Part shown: positions 52,421 through 64,000 of the stretch, in pieces
Position numbering within the stretch: the stretch's first letter is position 1
How the letters are laid out: every line of letters begins with the position of its first letter
From: Eledone cirrhosa
Taxonomy: Eukaryota
Length of the DNA: 64,000 nucleotides
Direction: 5' to 3'
Assembly (NCBI GenBank): GCA_964016885.1
Contig: OZ024740.1
Location: 280,426,001-280,490,000 of the forward strand
Made by a program: the position numbers and the translations under genes
The notes under the pieces: model-generated
Told to the model about the DNA's origin: nothing
What the model saw: the letters and a program-made list of their open reading frames with translations, nothing else
Database searches by the model: none

Positions 52421-53459
52421 GATAAATAAAATAATAATTGTACATGTACGAGGTGTTCGACTGATTTGAAAGCGTCTTGAGTAAGATGTAGGCTGTGACA
52501 AGCAGAGATATGTTTTGGAATATACCTGAAGTTTGAAAACTCTGGTGTGGTTTGCAGGTTAAGACTTGTACTTTAATAGTTTTACGACTTTTTCCCGAGT
52601 GTGGCATTGGTCAAAAGTGGCTGAAAAATCTATCATGGATTCTTGTTCCACTCTTTAATATCTACAACTTGAAGGTTCACCTAGTTCTCCCCATCAGTTT
52701 AGACAGGCATGTTCCAGATTATGATAACCTCGTTATTGTTATTTACTAGATTTTGTAAATCTCGAAGCGTTAGGATATTGCCTAATAAGTATAGTCGAAG
52801 AAAACTTTGAAAATTGTAACAACAAATATATAGCAGAAAAAAAGCAAAACCCAAAACAAAAAACAAAAACAAAAACAAAATCAATCCAACAAACAAAAAT
52901 ACAACAGAAAAAAAAAATCAAATCAAACAAACAAAATAACAACCAAACAAAAAAGCAACAGAAAATAGATGGAATTACAATCTTAGGCATTAATACTTTA
53001 ATACTTTAAAAATGCATAGAAAAAATAGTAACGATTCAAATATTTCGTTAAGGTTCTTAACATTCTCAATTGAAATCTAGTTGAAGGTCAACATTGTTTT
53101 TCATCATTCTGCTCTAGGCTAAATAAACTGTCAGACAAGTAATGGGGTCGATTTAATCGACTAATTCCCTACCCAATAAAAACAATGTCTGGATTTGTTT
53201 CTGTGTTAGAAATCATTATTATTATTATTATTTGTTGTTGTTGTTGTTGTTTGAATTTTAATTTATTTTACACGTTTCTGTCTTTTTATAACCTTTTACA
53301 CGGCCAAAACCCACTTTGTTTCGTATTGTGCCGTCTATAATGTTTTTCTTCATGTTAGCCCTTGTGGCCAATAAAGAAACCATTATTATTATTATTATTA
53401 GTAGTATTATTTTTTGTTGTATTTTTGGAAATTTATTAACGATTGCAATATACAAACGA

Positions 53460-53905
53460 AGGGTGGATTAGCAGTATCGGTAGAGAGTCGGACAACATAC
53501 TTTGCAGCATAGAGTTACGGTCCCTTACGGTCTTCAAATCCCGCATTTACGGAGTTCAAATCCCGCCGCGGTTAACTTTGCCTTTCATCCTTACGGCGTC
53601 GATAAAATAAGGTACCAGTCACGCACTGGGGTCGATTTAATCAACTTTCCCCTTTCCCCAAATTGCTGAAACCATTATTATAGCCTAGGCGAGGGCGGTG
53701 GATTGGCAGTATCGGTAGAGAGTCGGACAACATGCTTTGCACCATAGAGTTACGGTCCTTTACGGTCTGAGTTCAAATATCGCAGAGGTCAACTTTGCCT
53801 TTCATCCTTACTGGGTCGATAAAATAAAGCACCAGTAACGTACTGGCGTCGATTTAATCGACTCCCCACTAAAAAATTACTGGCACTGTGCCTAACGTAG
53901 AAATT
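53460..53905 (+). mobile_element. Two tandem SINE copies flanked by a ~50-bp direct duplication
   Basis: attattttt..gttgtatttttggaaatttattaac...tacaaac at 53405-53457 and 53906-53959. Confidence 0.8.
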
Positions 53906-54899
53906 ATTATTATTTTTGTTGTATTTTTGGAAATTTATTAACTATTGTAATGTACAAACAAAGAAATAAAAAAAACAAAAGGAAAGAAAGAATATGGAAA
54001 TATAGAAAAAAGAAAAGAGAGAAAAAAAGAAGAAAAAGAACGGGAAGGGGAGGGGATGGCATGGAAGAATTCGAAGGACGCCAGATAATATTATTCCATG
54101 TGGTATTTAGTTCCGGTCTATTATGTTCTAAATTAAAATCCTACTGGAATAGGATTTGCTTTTAATTCTTTCAGAATCGATAAAATAGGTACCAGATAAT
54201 TGTATGCTTCCTGGAGGAGGAGGGTTGTAGGGGCGCCATATTAACAAATGGCGTTTCTATGGCATTTTAAAACCTGGTGGAGTCGAGTTCCCCTCCAGGT
54301 TTGAATACATCAGATTTCTTCCAGAGAAAGATAGAGAGTGAGAGAAAGGAAATGAGAAAGATATATAGAGGAAGAATCAACTGCAGTACTAGACTGGTAA
54401 ATGTTTTATCGACTTCGAAAGAATGAAAGGCGAAGTTGACTTCAGCGGAATTTGAACTCAGAGATCAGAGAGTCGAAATAAATACTGTAAAACGTTCATT
54501 CGACGTTCTAACGGCTCTTCCAATTCGCCGGCCACCAGACAATTACAAGGCTCTATTTAATCGATAATTTTCTCTTCGCTCAAAATATTAGCTTTGTTTC
54601 AATGTTAGAAATAACTATGAACGATTCTGCATAAACCCCACCTGCGTTTTTGCAATTTTTTCCTTACAAAGTATCCTTCATCTTTCGACTCTTGTGGCAA
54701 ATAAAACAATAGTTATGATTAATATTAGGGCAGGCAAGTTGATTATACTAATTCTTATAGTGCTAGACAAAACACTGCGTTCGAATCCTACGTTTCTATA
54801 CTGAGTTGGTGTCCTGCAGTGGTCAACTGTGCATTTAATCGGGTTCGATAAATTAAGTATCATTGAATTATTTGGGTTTATTTAATCTACTGCCTCCAC

Positions 54900-55215
54900 C
54901 TAGTGGCCGTAGCGAAAGAGGTTGTGTGGTGGACGAGGTTGAAAGGACTGAAGACAGACACTTTTCTTTTCGGCCAACTTTTTCAAGTTTCACTTGGAAA
55001 GGAAGGTGAAGCTGGAGAGGAAAGTGCTGCCCCTGCCCAGTGTATTTGCTAAAAGGTGGGTAAATGTTGCGAGAATGACCCGTGTGAACGGGCCGGGCCT
55101 ACTCTGAGCATGCGCCTGTAGGCTGGTTAATTTGAAGAGGAGAGGAGTGCTCTCCTCGGGTGCTCTCAAAGTGTCGGGTGGTTCAGGATTGCTGGGGTTC
55201 CTGCGTCCTCCCGGG
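54900..55215 (+). mobile_element. Tx1/L1-clade LINE 3' fragment from a different subfamily
   Basis: Translates LVAVAKEVVWWTRLKGLKTDTF...FFKFHLERKVKLER...RWVNVARMTRVNGP, homologous to ORF 34124-34579. Confidence 0.75.
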
Positions 55216-56356
55216 TAGGTATTTAGTTACACATCTTAGTTTAAATTAAACTCGAGTCAATCTTGCTTTAAATCCTTCTTATAAAGTGCCAAGTAAGTAG
55301 TGTTTTATTCAAACTCATAAACATTGTAATGTTGAATCTATGTTAGAAATTTATTTTAAGATGATGAAATGTAATAAGTGGATAAATGAAGAAATAGTCA
55401 AATTATATGATAAAAAAATTCTGCACTCTGAATTCAAATCTCACTAAGGGAAACTTTGCCTCGGTGTTGATAAATAAACCATCAATCTAGAACGGTGGAT
55501 TACCGGAAGTTTTAATGCATTGGACGGGATACCTTGTGGTATATCTTTCAGTCATTTGCATTTTGAGTTGCATAGAACGTATTCCTCTCCTTTGGACAAC
55601 ATGGATGGAGTTTAGAAAGTAGACTTGCATGCATAGGCAACAGTTAGTCTTCCACAAAACACTTTGCTCAGGCTTACGCACAGAGAGAGTGCTTGTGCAA
55701 ACCCGTAATCAGCTATGTTCGACGGGGGCTTTAAAAGTAAGACCGCTTGACCATCTCTATACAAATATTACCTTCCAGAGAATATTTTTCGAAAATGTAT
55801 ACACTACGTAAATGCTTTCACATTAAGAGTATTAATGTGGAATATATATTTGTAACAATTTCGACAATAATTTGGTTTCGCATACAATTACTTCTAATTC
55901 ATAGAGAGGATTATTCCTGTTTTGTAATTCATTTCTATTTTTAGTGATTGTTTCAGTCTCAAGGGCATTATATCCTATTACAATTCTCAAATTCACATCT
56001 AGGTTTACAGTTGCATATATTCTTACGAAAATTACTAGTAATCTTGAGTGTATATAGTTACTGTTAATCAGAATATGAAGAGAAGGAATGGCTGTATATT
56101 TCGGGAGTATTTTCTATAAATGTGTCACTGAAATTTCACTTAATGGAAAATATTACTCACGACTTTCAAGCTACAATCATGAGCTGTAATATAGTCTATG
56201 ACGTCATCCACATGAAAATGATAGTTAAGTTAGTGGTAATGTATTTTATGCTGGGAGCATTAAAAAGTTAACTAGAAATAATTATGTGGCGTTGATAAGA
56301 CAATATTAATCATTGCCTAATATTTTTTTCAGTAAGTACTAAAACAACTTTAGGTA

Positions 56357-56524
56357 CCGTATTTCCCGGCATCGAAGACCCTACTTTTTTTCCTAAAATT
56401 AGTCTAAAAAACTACCGTGCGTCATGGAGACCGAAGGGTGTTTATTATTTTTTTTCAAATTTTTGGTTGTCAAAATTAGGGTGCGTCCTCGAGGACGAAG
56501 CGTTATCAGCGCCGGGAAATACGG
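56357..56524. mobile_element. Tc2/pogo-like MITE
   Basis: Perfect TIRs ccgtatttcccggc / gccgggaaatacgg; TA TSD. Confidence 0.8.
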
Positions 56525-56733
56525 TATGTTTCTGTCTTATTTAACTTCACGAGCGATGCATAACGTTCGCCATACTTGTAGAAGTAGTGCTGGAAAAATC
56601 TCCGAGTAATTGTACAAGGATGTACAGTTGCTGTCATAGAAAAATTGAAATGCACAGAGAATAATTTGCTCTTTGACACCATTATACTAACAGTAAGATC
56701 GTATTATGTCCGAAGTTACCTCTAATAATTGTT

Positions 56734-56911
56734 TGTTTCTACTTTTGGCACAAGGCCAGCAATTACCCAGTGCATTACTGGTACTTTATTTTATCGACCC
56801 CATAAGGATGAAAGGCAAAATCAACCTCGGCGGGATTTGAACTCAGACCGCGAAGAGACGTAACTATGCTGGAAAGCATGGCGTCCGACCCTCTACCGAT
56901 ACTGCCAATCC
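56734..56911 (-). mobile_element. tRNA-derived SINE
   Basis: TSD acctctaataattgtt (56718-56733 / 56912-56927). Confidence 0.85.
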
Positions 56912-58323
56912 ACCTCTAATAATTGTTGAAATAAAATATTAGTTAATGACCTAACATTACCTTGTTATCACCGCATAAATATTTTATAGTAAGCTTTTTG
57001 ATGTTAACCCTAACCGAACTGTTTTATGTAGCAATCGCACATCTTAAACGTCCATGTTTCAGCAAGATAGGAAAAAAAGCGATTCGTGAAATTCCCTTCG
57101 CCCTTTCTATGGTTTTTGAAGAAGAAGACTGGGTTAAATAGAAATCTCATTTAAATATCATGAAAGTTTAGTAGAATGATTGATACAGATGCATGATTTC
57201 CATCGGCTTCTCTGGCTGTCAGCTGAAGGGGAAAGTAGGCCATTACTTAGAATTCAATATTTACCTGAAAAATTCAAATTTTCAAGATTATTACTTAACT
57301 ACTCAGCTGTGAAGGTAAGTGGGTTAGTGGATTAGAGAGTTGGATTCGCAATCGTGAGGTTGCGAGTTCAATTCTCAGGCGAGGTGACGCGTTGTGTCCT
57401 TGAGCAAGATACTTTATTTCACGTTGCTCCTTCTGCCAGAGTTGCGACCTGTAGATAGTATCAGCAATAGAAAGACCAACGGAAACATTGTTTCCTTGGT
57501 CTGATTTGACGAGGTCCACTCGGCAAGGGAATGAGGTCTGGGATCTTGTCGATCGATCAGAGCGAACTCAGTTAGTAACACAGTAAAGTACGCAAATGGC
57601 AATGAGTAAGAATGTAAATGTATAATTTGCAATCGAAGCAATTGATAATAAATATTCTTTCTCACATTGTCATTGGAATTCACAACAGCGTATTACATTT
57701 GTTATTAATCTTAAATAACCATCCATCATCCCATTTAATACTTTCACTTGGTACCTTTGGCGAACTTACTATGTTGTTAGTATTCAGACTAAATATCTAG
57801 TCTGAGGATAACTTCCCCACTTCCAACGACGTAGGTAATGAAAATGATCTTTGGAGCTGCACTTCCGACAAAACGATAAAGATATATCAGATTAAACATT
57901 GACTCCTCAGATCTTAATAAATATCATATTAGATAGAACCGATTGTAGACAGAATTCTTTATAGATCTTCAGCTATGCTTTTATCATTGGCCGGATGAGC
58001 GCATTATTCATATGAAGAATTCACATTCATTTTCATTTTTGATAAAATTAATCTTTGGGGTTATTTCAATCGACTATAAACTTTTCTAAAATCTGAGGTT
58101 TTGTATTTTCTAATACTTTGGGAATCTTTTCTTACATTAGAAAACAGGTTTGGATCATTATGTGATGTCGTTTTATTGTTTTGTAAAGTTTTAATGAAAA
58201 ATAAAAGTTGAAAATTGTTATTAAATTCAGCTTAGTCGAGCTGTTGTTTTCCGATCTTAATATATCCTTTCTGTTTGCTGATGTTGGTAGAATTATATCA
58301 GAATATAGTAACTAAAAATAATG

Positions 58324-58538
58324 GTTTCTTATATAGGCACAAGGCCAGCAATTTTTGGGGAAGGGAAAGTCGATTAAATCGACCCCAGTTAGTCACTGGT
58401 ACTTTATTTTATCAACCTCGTAAGGATGAAAGGCAACGTTAACCTCGGCGGGATTTGAACTCAGATCATAAAGGGCTGTTACTCTATGCGTCAAAGCATG
58501 GCGTCCGACCCTCTACCGATACTGCCAATCCACCACCC
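58324..58538 (-). mobile_element. tRNA-derived SINE (longer subfamily)
   Basis: A and B boxes plus Nin-type core; imperfect TSD tatagta.c.aaaaataatg. Confidence 0.85.
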
Positions 58539-58901
58539 TATAGTATCGAAAAATAATGCCTCATCAAGCAATTTCAGAAAATAAGACTGAAATATGTATC
58601 TTCACCCTATGTACATCTGCTAGGTATAGCCTTAATACACGCCCCAACTTCTGGTTCTGTGTGCCAACATCACCTCCATCACCCGTTCTGTTTGCTTATG
58701 GTCTGTATTTGTTTACATTGTGTTATAATTAGCTATGTGCCTACATGCCGTTTAATTGCACATATCACTTGGTCGTAATTGGGTTGTTTTTGCAGACACT
58801 GTGCATAAATACAAACACACTATGTGTGGCAAACGTGCAGTTCTTGCAGATATTGTACTAAGTCATTGCCCTACTTTTACTTATTTTTGGATCGTATTTA
58901 G

Positions 58902-58966
<65 letters not shown>

Positions 58967-59923
58967 AATATATATACATATATAATGTAATATAAGATAT
59001 ACATATTAAATTATACATAAACAGGCGAAATATAGTAATTTGATATACTAGGATTTTTTCAACACGCTGACGTATATGTGTGTCGGTGTGTAAGTGCATT
59101 ATATGTATTAGTAGATAAAAATAAACGTACAAACATAGACTCACTTACAAAAATATACATTCACACAATCACACACATATATTAACACAAAACACACACA
59201 CATACATTTATACAAACACACACACACACACACGCACGCACACATTGTATGACGGACGGACGGAAGTTGCTCAAATTTATACATAGAGATTAAAATAACT
59301 AGTAACATAAGCATTAATAATATAAAAATTTCCTTATACATTTCATTGTTACTACTACATTTGATAAGGGTTTTAAGCCCTACAGTATTTCCTTGTGTTT
59401 GTTTGGGTGATGCAGATGTCTTTTGGCGGGATCATAGTAGCAGTCGGAAATCACATAAGAGTGTTTATAATTTATTACTCTACTATGAAATATGTAAATT
59501 TGATATGTTTACGTATCTATTGGGTGGTCAAGTATGAAATTTGTAGAAATTTATTTTTTTCTATAAATTTCATACTTGACGACATAATATATGTATTCAA
59601 TGTGTATATTTATATACATATTATGCAGTCTTGGTTAACTCTGTTATCGTTGACCCTTGATCATTCTCTCTCTAAAGCCTCTCTTTTCTCCCTCCTCTCG
59701 TTCCTTCCCTCTCTCTTTATATATAATGTTAAAATATGAGTAATTATTAATTTATTACAAATATAAATAGATATTTTCCTGCTCCCGCCGCGGTCTCCTC
59801 TTTCTTTTCCTCCCCCTCTCTTTATACATATAATTTCAAAATATGTGTATTTATTAATTTATTACAAATATAAATATAATTTTTTCAGAATTCTAACGAA
59901 TTATTTTACTTTTTTATTTGCAG

Positions 59924-59951
59924 ATTACGGTTCACAGTTATCCAAGACGAC
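59924..59951 (+). CDS. 28-bp exon of the second VWA gene (ITVHSYPRR, possibly the end of a signal peptide)
   Basis: Acceptor tttttttatttgcag; donor gtaagt; phase 0 to 1 joins the 61803 exon in frame (ITVHSYPRR-R-CIGKA). Confidence 0.6.
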
Positions 59952-60205
59952 GTAAGTATGAACACACTTTTCAAAATTAATATATTTGTAAATGTTACTC
60001 CCAAGACACGTTATACAATCCTAGACGACGTCTCGTACTTGGTAACATCTGGATACTTTTAAGAAATAACACATATTTCTAATCTAAACGACATCATTAG
60101 TAGAATGTTTTACATTGGTATTATTGTATATTTCTTATAAATGGTGTTTGATGTTAAAATTGATATATAGTCGATTTTGTTTCACGGTAAAAACTCATTA
60201 TCATT

Positions 60206-61752
60206 AGGGTTTTCGATTGGCAGTATCGGTAGAGCGTCGGACAACATGCAATATGGCACAGGCTTACGTTCCTTTAGCATCTGAGTTCAAATCCTGCCGA
60301 GGTTAGCATTGCCTTATGAGGTCGATAAAATAAATCACCAGTAACGCCTTGGGATCGATTTAATCGACTTTTTCCTGCCCTAAAATTTCTGGCCTCGTGC
60401 CTATATAAGAAACCATTATCATTAGGGTTGGTGGATTGGCAGTATCGGTAGAGCATCGGACACCATGCATTATGGCATAGACTTACGTCCCTCTGCGATC
60501 TGAGTTCAAATCCTGCCGAGGTTAGCTTTGCCTTTCACCCTTACGGGGTCGATAAAAAAGTACTAGTAAGGCACTGGGGTCGATTTAATCGATTTTCCCC
60601 TCTTCCCAAATTGCTGACCTTGTCCCTATAGTAGAAATCCTTATTATTGCGGCAATAATAAAGCACCATCAATTTCTGGAGTCGATATATTCGATTTTCT
60701 CCTTCCCCCAAATTGCTGGTTTGTGTCATTGTTAGAAAGCATTGGCAGTATCGGTAGAGCGTCAGACACCATGCTTTGCAGCATAGAGTTATGGCCATTT
60801 ACGTTGTGTGTTCAAATCCCACCGAGGTTAGCTCTGCCTTTCATCTTTACGGGGTCGATAAAATAAAGTACTAGTAATGCACTGGATAATTGCTGGCCTT
60901 GTGCCTAAAATAGAAACAATTATTATGGCAGTAATGAAAAAATATAGAAACCATTATTGCAGAAATTGAGGGTGGAGGATTGACAGTGTTGGTAGAGTGT
61001 GGGACATCATATTTTGTGGTGTTTAGTTACGTTTTCTACGTTCTGGGTTCAAATACCGTCGAGGTCAAATGTACCTTTCATCGATAAAATAATGTACCAG
61101 TCAAGTACTGGGGGTGGATGGGATTGACTTTCCCTATCCCACAAAGTGCTGGTCTTGTACCTAAAGTCGGAAATTATTATTAGGGCAGTTGACGTTTGGA
61201 TTCGTAGATTTTTGTAGTATTTGACGTTTTACGTTAATGAATTCAAGCCGCGTTGAGATTTATTATATTTCATGCAACCGTCGTCTATAAAATAGTAGCA
61301 ATAAAACACATCTGTCTCGGTTGTTATTATTACCGAGGTTATTACGGGGTCGATAAAATAAAGTACCAATAATGTACTGGAGTAATTGATGGCCTTGTGC
61401 CAATAGTAGAAACAATTATTACCGAGGTTAGCTTTGCCTTTCAACCTTCCGGATTCGATAAAATAAAGTACCAGTAATGTAATGGAGTCGATTTAATCGA
61501 CATTCTCCTCCCCTCAAAAATTGTTGGCCTTGGACCTAAATCAGAAACCACTATTATTTGTTTTAGTTTGACTAATGGATTGGCAGACTCGCACTATTTA
61601 GTTATGACTCGTTACGTTCTGAGTTCAAATATTGGTCTTCTATCCTCCTAGGGCCAATAAAAATATGTACCAGTCAATTACTGGAACCTATTTAATCGGC
61701 TACCACCTCTTCCAGCATTGTTGGTCTAGGGCTAAATTAGAAAAATATTATT
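60206..61752 (+). mobile_element. Intronic pile-up of about 8 same-orientation SINE copies and fragments
   Basis: Repeated ttggcagtatcggtagag / gttcaaatcc / gtcgataaaa / ccttgtgcc...agaaa blocks. Confidence 0.85.
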
Positions 61753-61802
61753 AGTTGTTTTGGGATCGAATTAGTATTCAATATGGTCTTTTTCTTTTGC
61801 AG

Positions 61803-62366
61803 GTTGTATTGGCAAAGCAGCGAATATAATGTTGTTGATGGATTCGTCTAGTAGTATTTGGATTGTTGATTACCGAAAGCAATTAAAATTTGCGCAAGCT
61901 TTAGTTGACAACTTCGATATTGGTCCATCTGACACACAAGTTAGAATGGGAGCTATCACGTTTAGTAATAGAGCTCATTTAGAATTCTCATTGGATAAAT
62001 ACACTAATAGCACAAGTCTAAAAACAGCTCTCGGCAGTATTCCTTATAGATCAGGAGAAACAAACACAGCCGAGGCTTTACAACTGTTAAAGAAAGAAAT
62101 AACGCCGAAACTGAAGATATATAAGACACCTTTCATGGCAATCGTCATTACAGACGGCAGGTCTCGTGACACCATAGCGACATCACGACAAGCTGCACAA
62201 TTGCACAAGTTAGGAGTTCATGTTTATGCGATAGGTGTCGGATACAACTGTGATATCAACGAATTAAAATCAATAGTAAATGACCCGATTAAGAATGTCC
62301 GTCTAGTGGACAGTTATTCCGCCTTACAAGGAATTGCCAAATCATTTGGTGTAAAAACATGTCAAG
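61803..62366 (+). CDS. Internal exon encoding a complete VWA domain (collagen VI/XII or matrilin-like) with intact MIDAS
   Basis: Acceptor ttttcttttgcag; donor CAAG|gtaggg; 564 bp, phase 1-1; DSSSS (DxSxS), GETNTAEAL, VITDGRS, VYAIGVG; flanking cysteines. Confidence 0.9.
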
Positions 62367-62974
62367 GTAGGGACCACTTTACTTTACTTGATGTTTATTC
62401 TAACAACCATAATGTTCGTATTTATAAACAAAACTAATATAAGAATCAATTTCTAAAAATTATTACGATAATCAAATTATCTTATGCTATGATAATCTGA
62501 AGTACCAACGATGTATTTCTTGTTAACATTGACAGAGAAACAAAAAAGGATTTTAAACATATAATATCAATATATCCATGCATTACAATAAAGCATTTCA
62601 TAATAAAACACAGAAAAGTTGAGTTGCCAAGTAAGTTATGAACTAACACTTGTATAAACCGAAAGAGGCGGAAACGGTTATTTAATTTCAGTAGCAGATG
62701 GGGTGATGTTTCGATAAAGCAACATTGAGCCATTGTGAATGCAAAAAAAAAAGAAGAAAAGCGGGGTTAATTTGGTGCGAGAATGATATAGAAAGTTTCT
62801 TTCGATATTTCATGTATTATATATAATTCAACAAATCTCATATTATACGTATGTATCGTATTTCCATTTATCGTTTTCGGTACGCCCGGACGACTAACGC
62901 ACGCTATATGCAAATTAGGCTGCTCAGGCGTTAATATGCATAAGGAAAGTATATACTTTCAAACGTCCAATCAT

Positions 62975-63043
62975 CTGACAGGAAGGTATACGATGCTGAC
63001 GATAGCTAATAAGCTTGAAATTAGTATATCGTTCCTGTGTCAG
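62975..63043 (+). ncRNA. Type I hammerhead ribozyme, copy 1
   Basis: acgatg-CTGACGA-t-agct-aata-agct-t-GAA-ATTAGT-A-tatcgt; extended stem I acaggaa/ttcctgt and ctgac/gtcag. Confidence 0.78.
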
Positions 63044-63403
63044 TGTTGAACAAAAGGGCGACGATGGTTGCCGAGCACTGTACGGCGTAATTCGGGCTGT
63101 TTGTTTACAAACAAACCGAACATTATAATAACTGTTCGGTAAACCCATACGTACATATATATATGTGTGCATGTATGTATATATATACATACTACTGTAC
63201 GTCTGTACACATATATGTATGTACGTATACATACTTATATTTAGGTATCAGCCGTACTAAGAGTGAGAAATGAAATTTCGTTTCATTCTTTTCCAATTAT
63301 CGTTTTCGGTACGCCCGGCCGACTAACTCACTCGATATGCAAATTAGGCTGCTCAGCCGTTAATATACATAAGGAAAGTATATACTTTCAAACGTTCAAT
63401 CAT

Positions 63404-63472
63404 CTGACAGGAAGGTATACGATGCTGACGATAGCTAATAAGCTTGAAATTAGTATATCGTTCCTGTGTCAG
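63404..63472 (+). ncRNA. Type I hammerhead ribozyme, copy 2
   Basis: Same as copy 1; GUA at 63453-63455. Confidence 0.78.
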
Positions 63473-63832
63473 TGTTGAACAAAAGGGCGACGATGGTTGC
63501 CGAGCACTGTACGGCGTAATTCGGGCTGTTTGTTTACAAACAAACCGAACATTATAATAAATGTTCGGTAAACCCATACGTACATATATATATGTGTGCA
63601 TGTATGTATATATATACATACTACTGTACGTCTGTACACATATATGTATGTACGTATACATACTTATATTTAGGTATCAGCCGTACTAAGAGTGAGAAAT
63701 GAAATTTCGTTTCATTCTTTTCCAATTATCGTTTTCGGTACGCCCGGCCGACTAACTCACTCGATATGCAAATTAGGCTGCTCAGCCGTTAATATGCATA
63801 AGGAAAGTATATACTTTCAAACGTTCAATCAT

Positions 63833-63901
63833 CTGACAGAAAGGTATACGATGCTGATGATAGCTAATAAGCTTGAAACTAGTACATCGTTCCTGTGTCA
63901 G
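63833..63901 (+). ncRNA. Type I hammerhead ribozyme, copy 3 (best-paired core)
   Basis: acgatg-CTGATGA-t-agct-aata-agct-t-GAA-ACTAGT-A-catcgt; perfect stem I and palindromic stem III. Confidence 0.82.
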
Positions 63902-64000
63902 TGTTGAACAAAAAAGCGACGATGGTTGCCGAGCACTGTACGGCGTAATTCGGGCTGTTTGTTTACAAACAAACCGAACATTATAATAACTGTTCGGTAA

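Larger units (their letters stand above)
62862..64000 (+). repeat. 429-bp tandem repeat (about 2.65 copies, truncated by window end), one HHR per unit; non-LTR retrozyme-like
   Basis: Units offset by exactly 429 bp (ctgacag at 62975, 63404, 63833) and nearly identical. Confidence 0.9.

Noticed and set aside
58804-58893. Candidate first exon of the second VWA gene (TATA-like cataaata, hydrophobic VIALLLLIFG)
   Set aside because: No in-frame ATG for the hydrophobic frame, and the donor phase does not fit the 28-bp exon.
62924-63907. Repeated ~100-aa and 71-aa ORFs
   Set aside because: By-products of the 429-bp repeat; no protein motif.

Overview
AT-rich, microsatellite-dense eukaryotic DNA, not prokaryotic; the SINE families point to an octopus-like coleoid cephalopod (inference). 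Host coding content is limited to two plus-strand von Willebrand factor A (VWA) gene pieces: a terminal exon at 2000-2550, and a 28-bp exon plus a MIDAS-intact VWA exon at 59924-62366. The ~57 kb between them is mostly transposon debris: HERO, two R4/Dong-type, Tx1/L1, CR1-like and RTE-like LINEs, tandem Helitrons, hAT and Tc1/mariner MITEs, a probable solo LTR, many tRNA-derived SINEs and a 33 x 50-bp satellite. The main signal is a set of type I hammerhead ribozyme (HHR) motifs from about six unrelated sequence families. These include a 429-bp tandem retrozyme-like array in sense orientation within a predicted VWA intron (62862-64000), ~308- and ~343-nt terminally redundant monomers, near-perfect palindromes beside (TA)n tracts with HHRs on both strands, and a Penelope GIY-YIG/pLTR remnant. 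Three of the families share an atypical U.U at the base of stem II. All calls were read by eye; no searches or folding were run.
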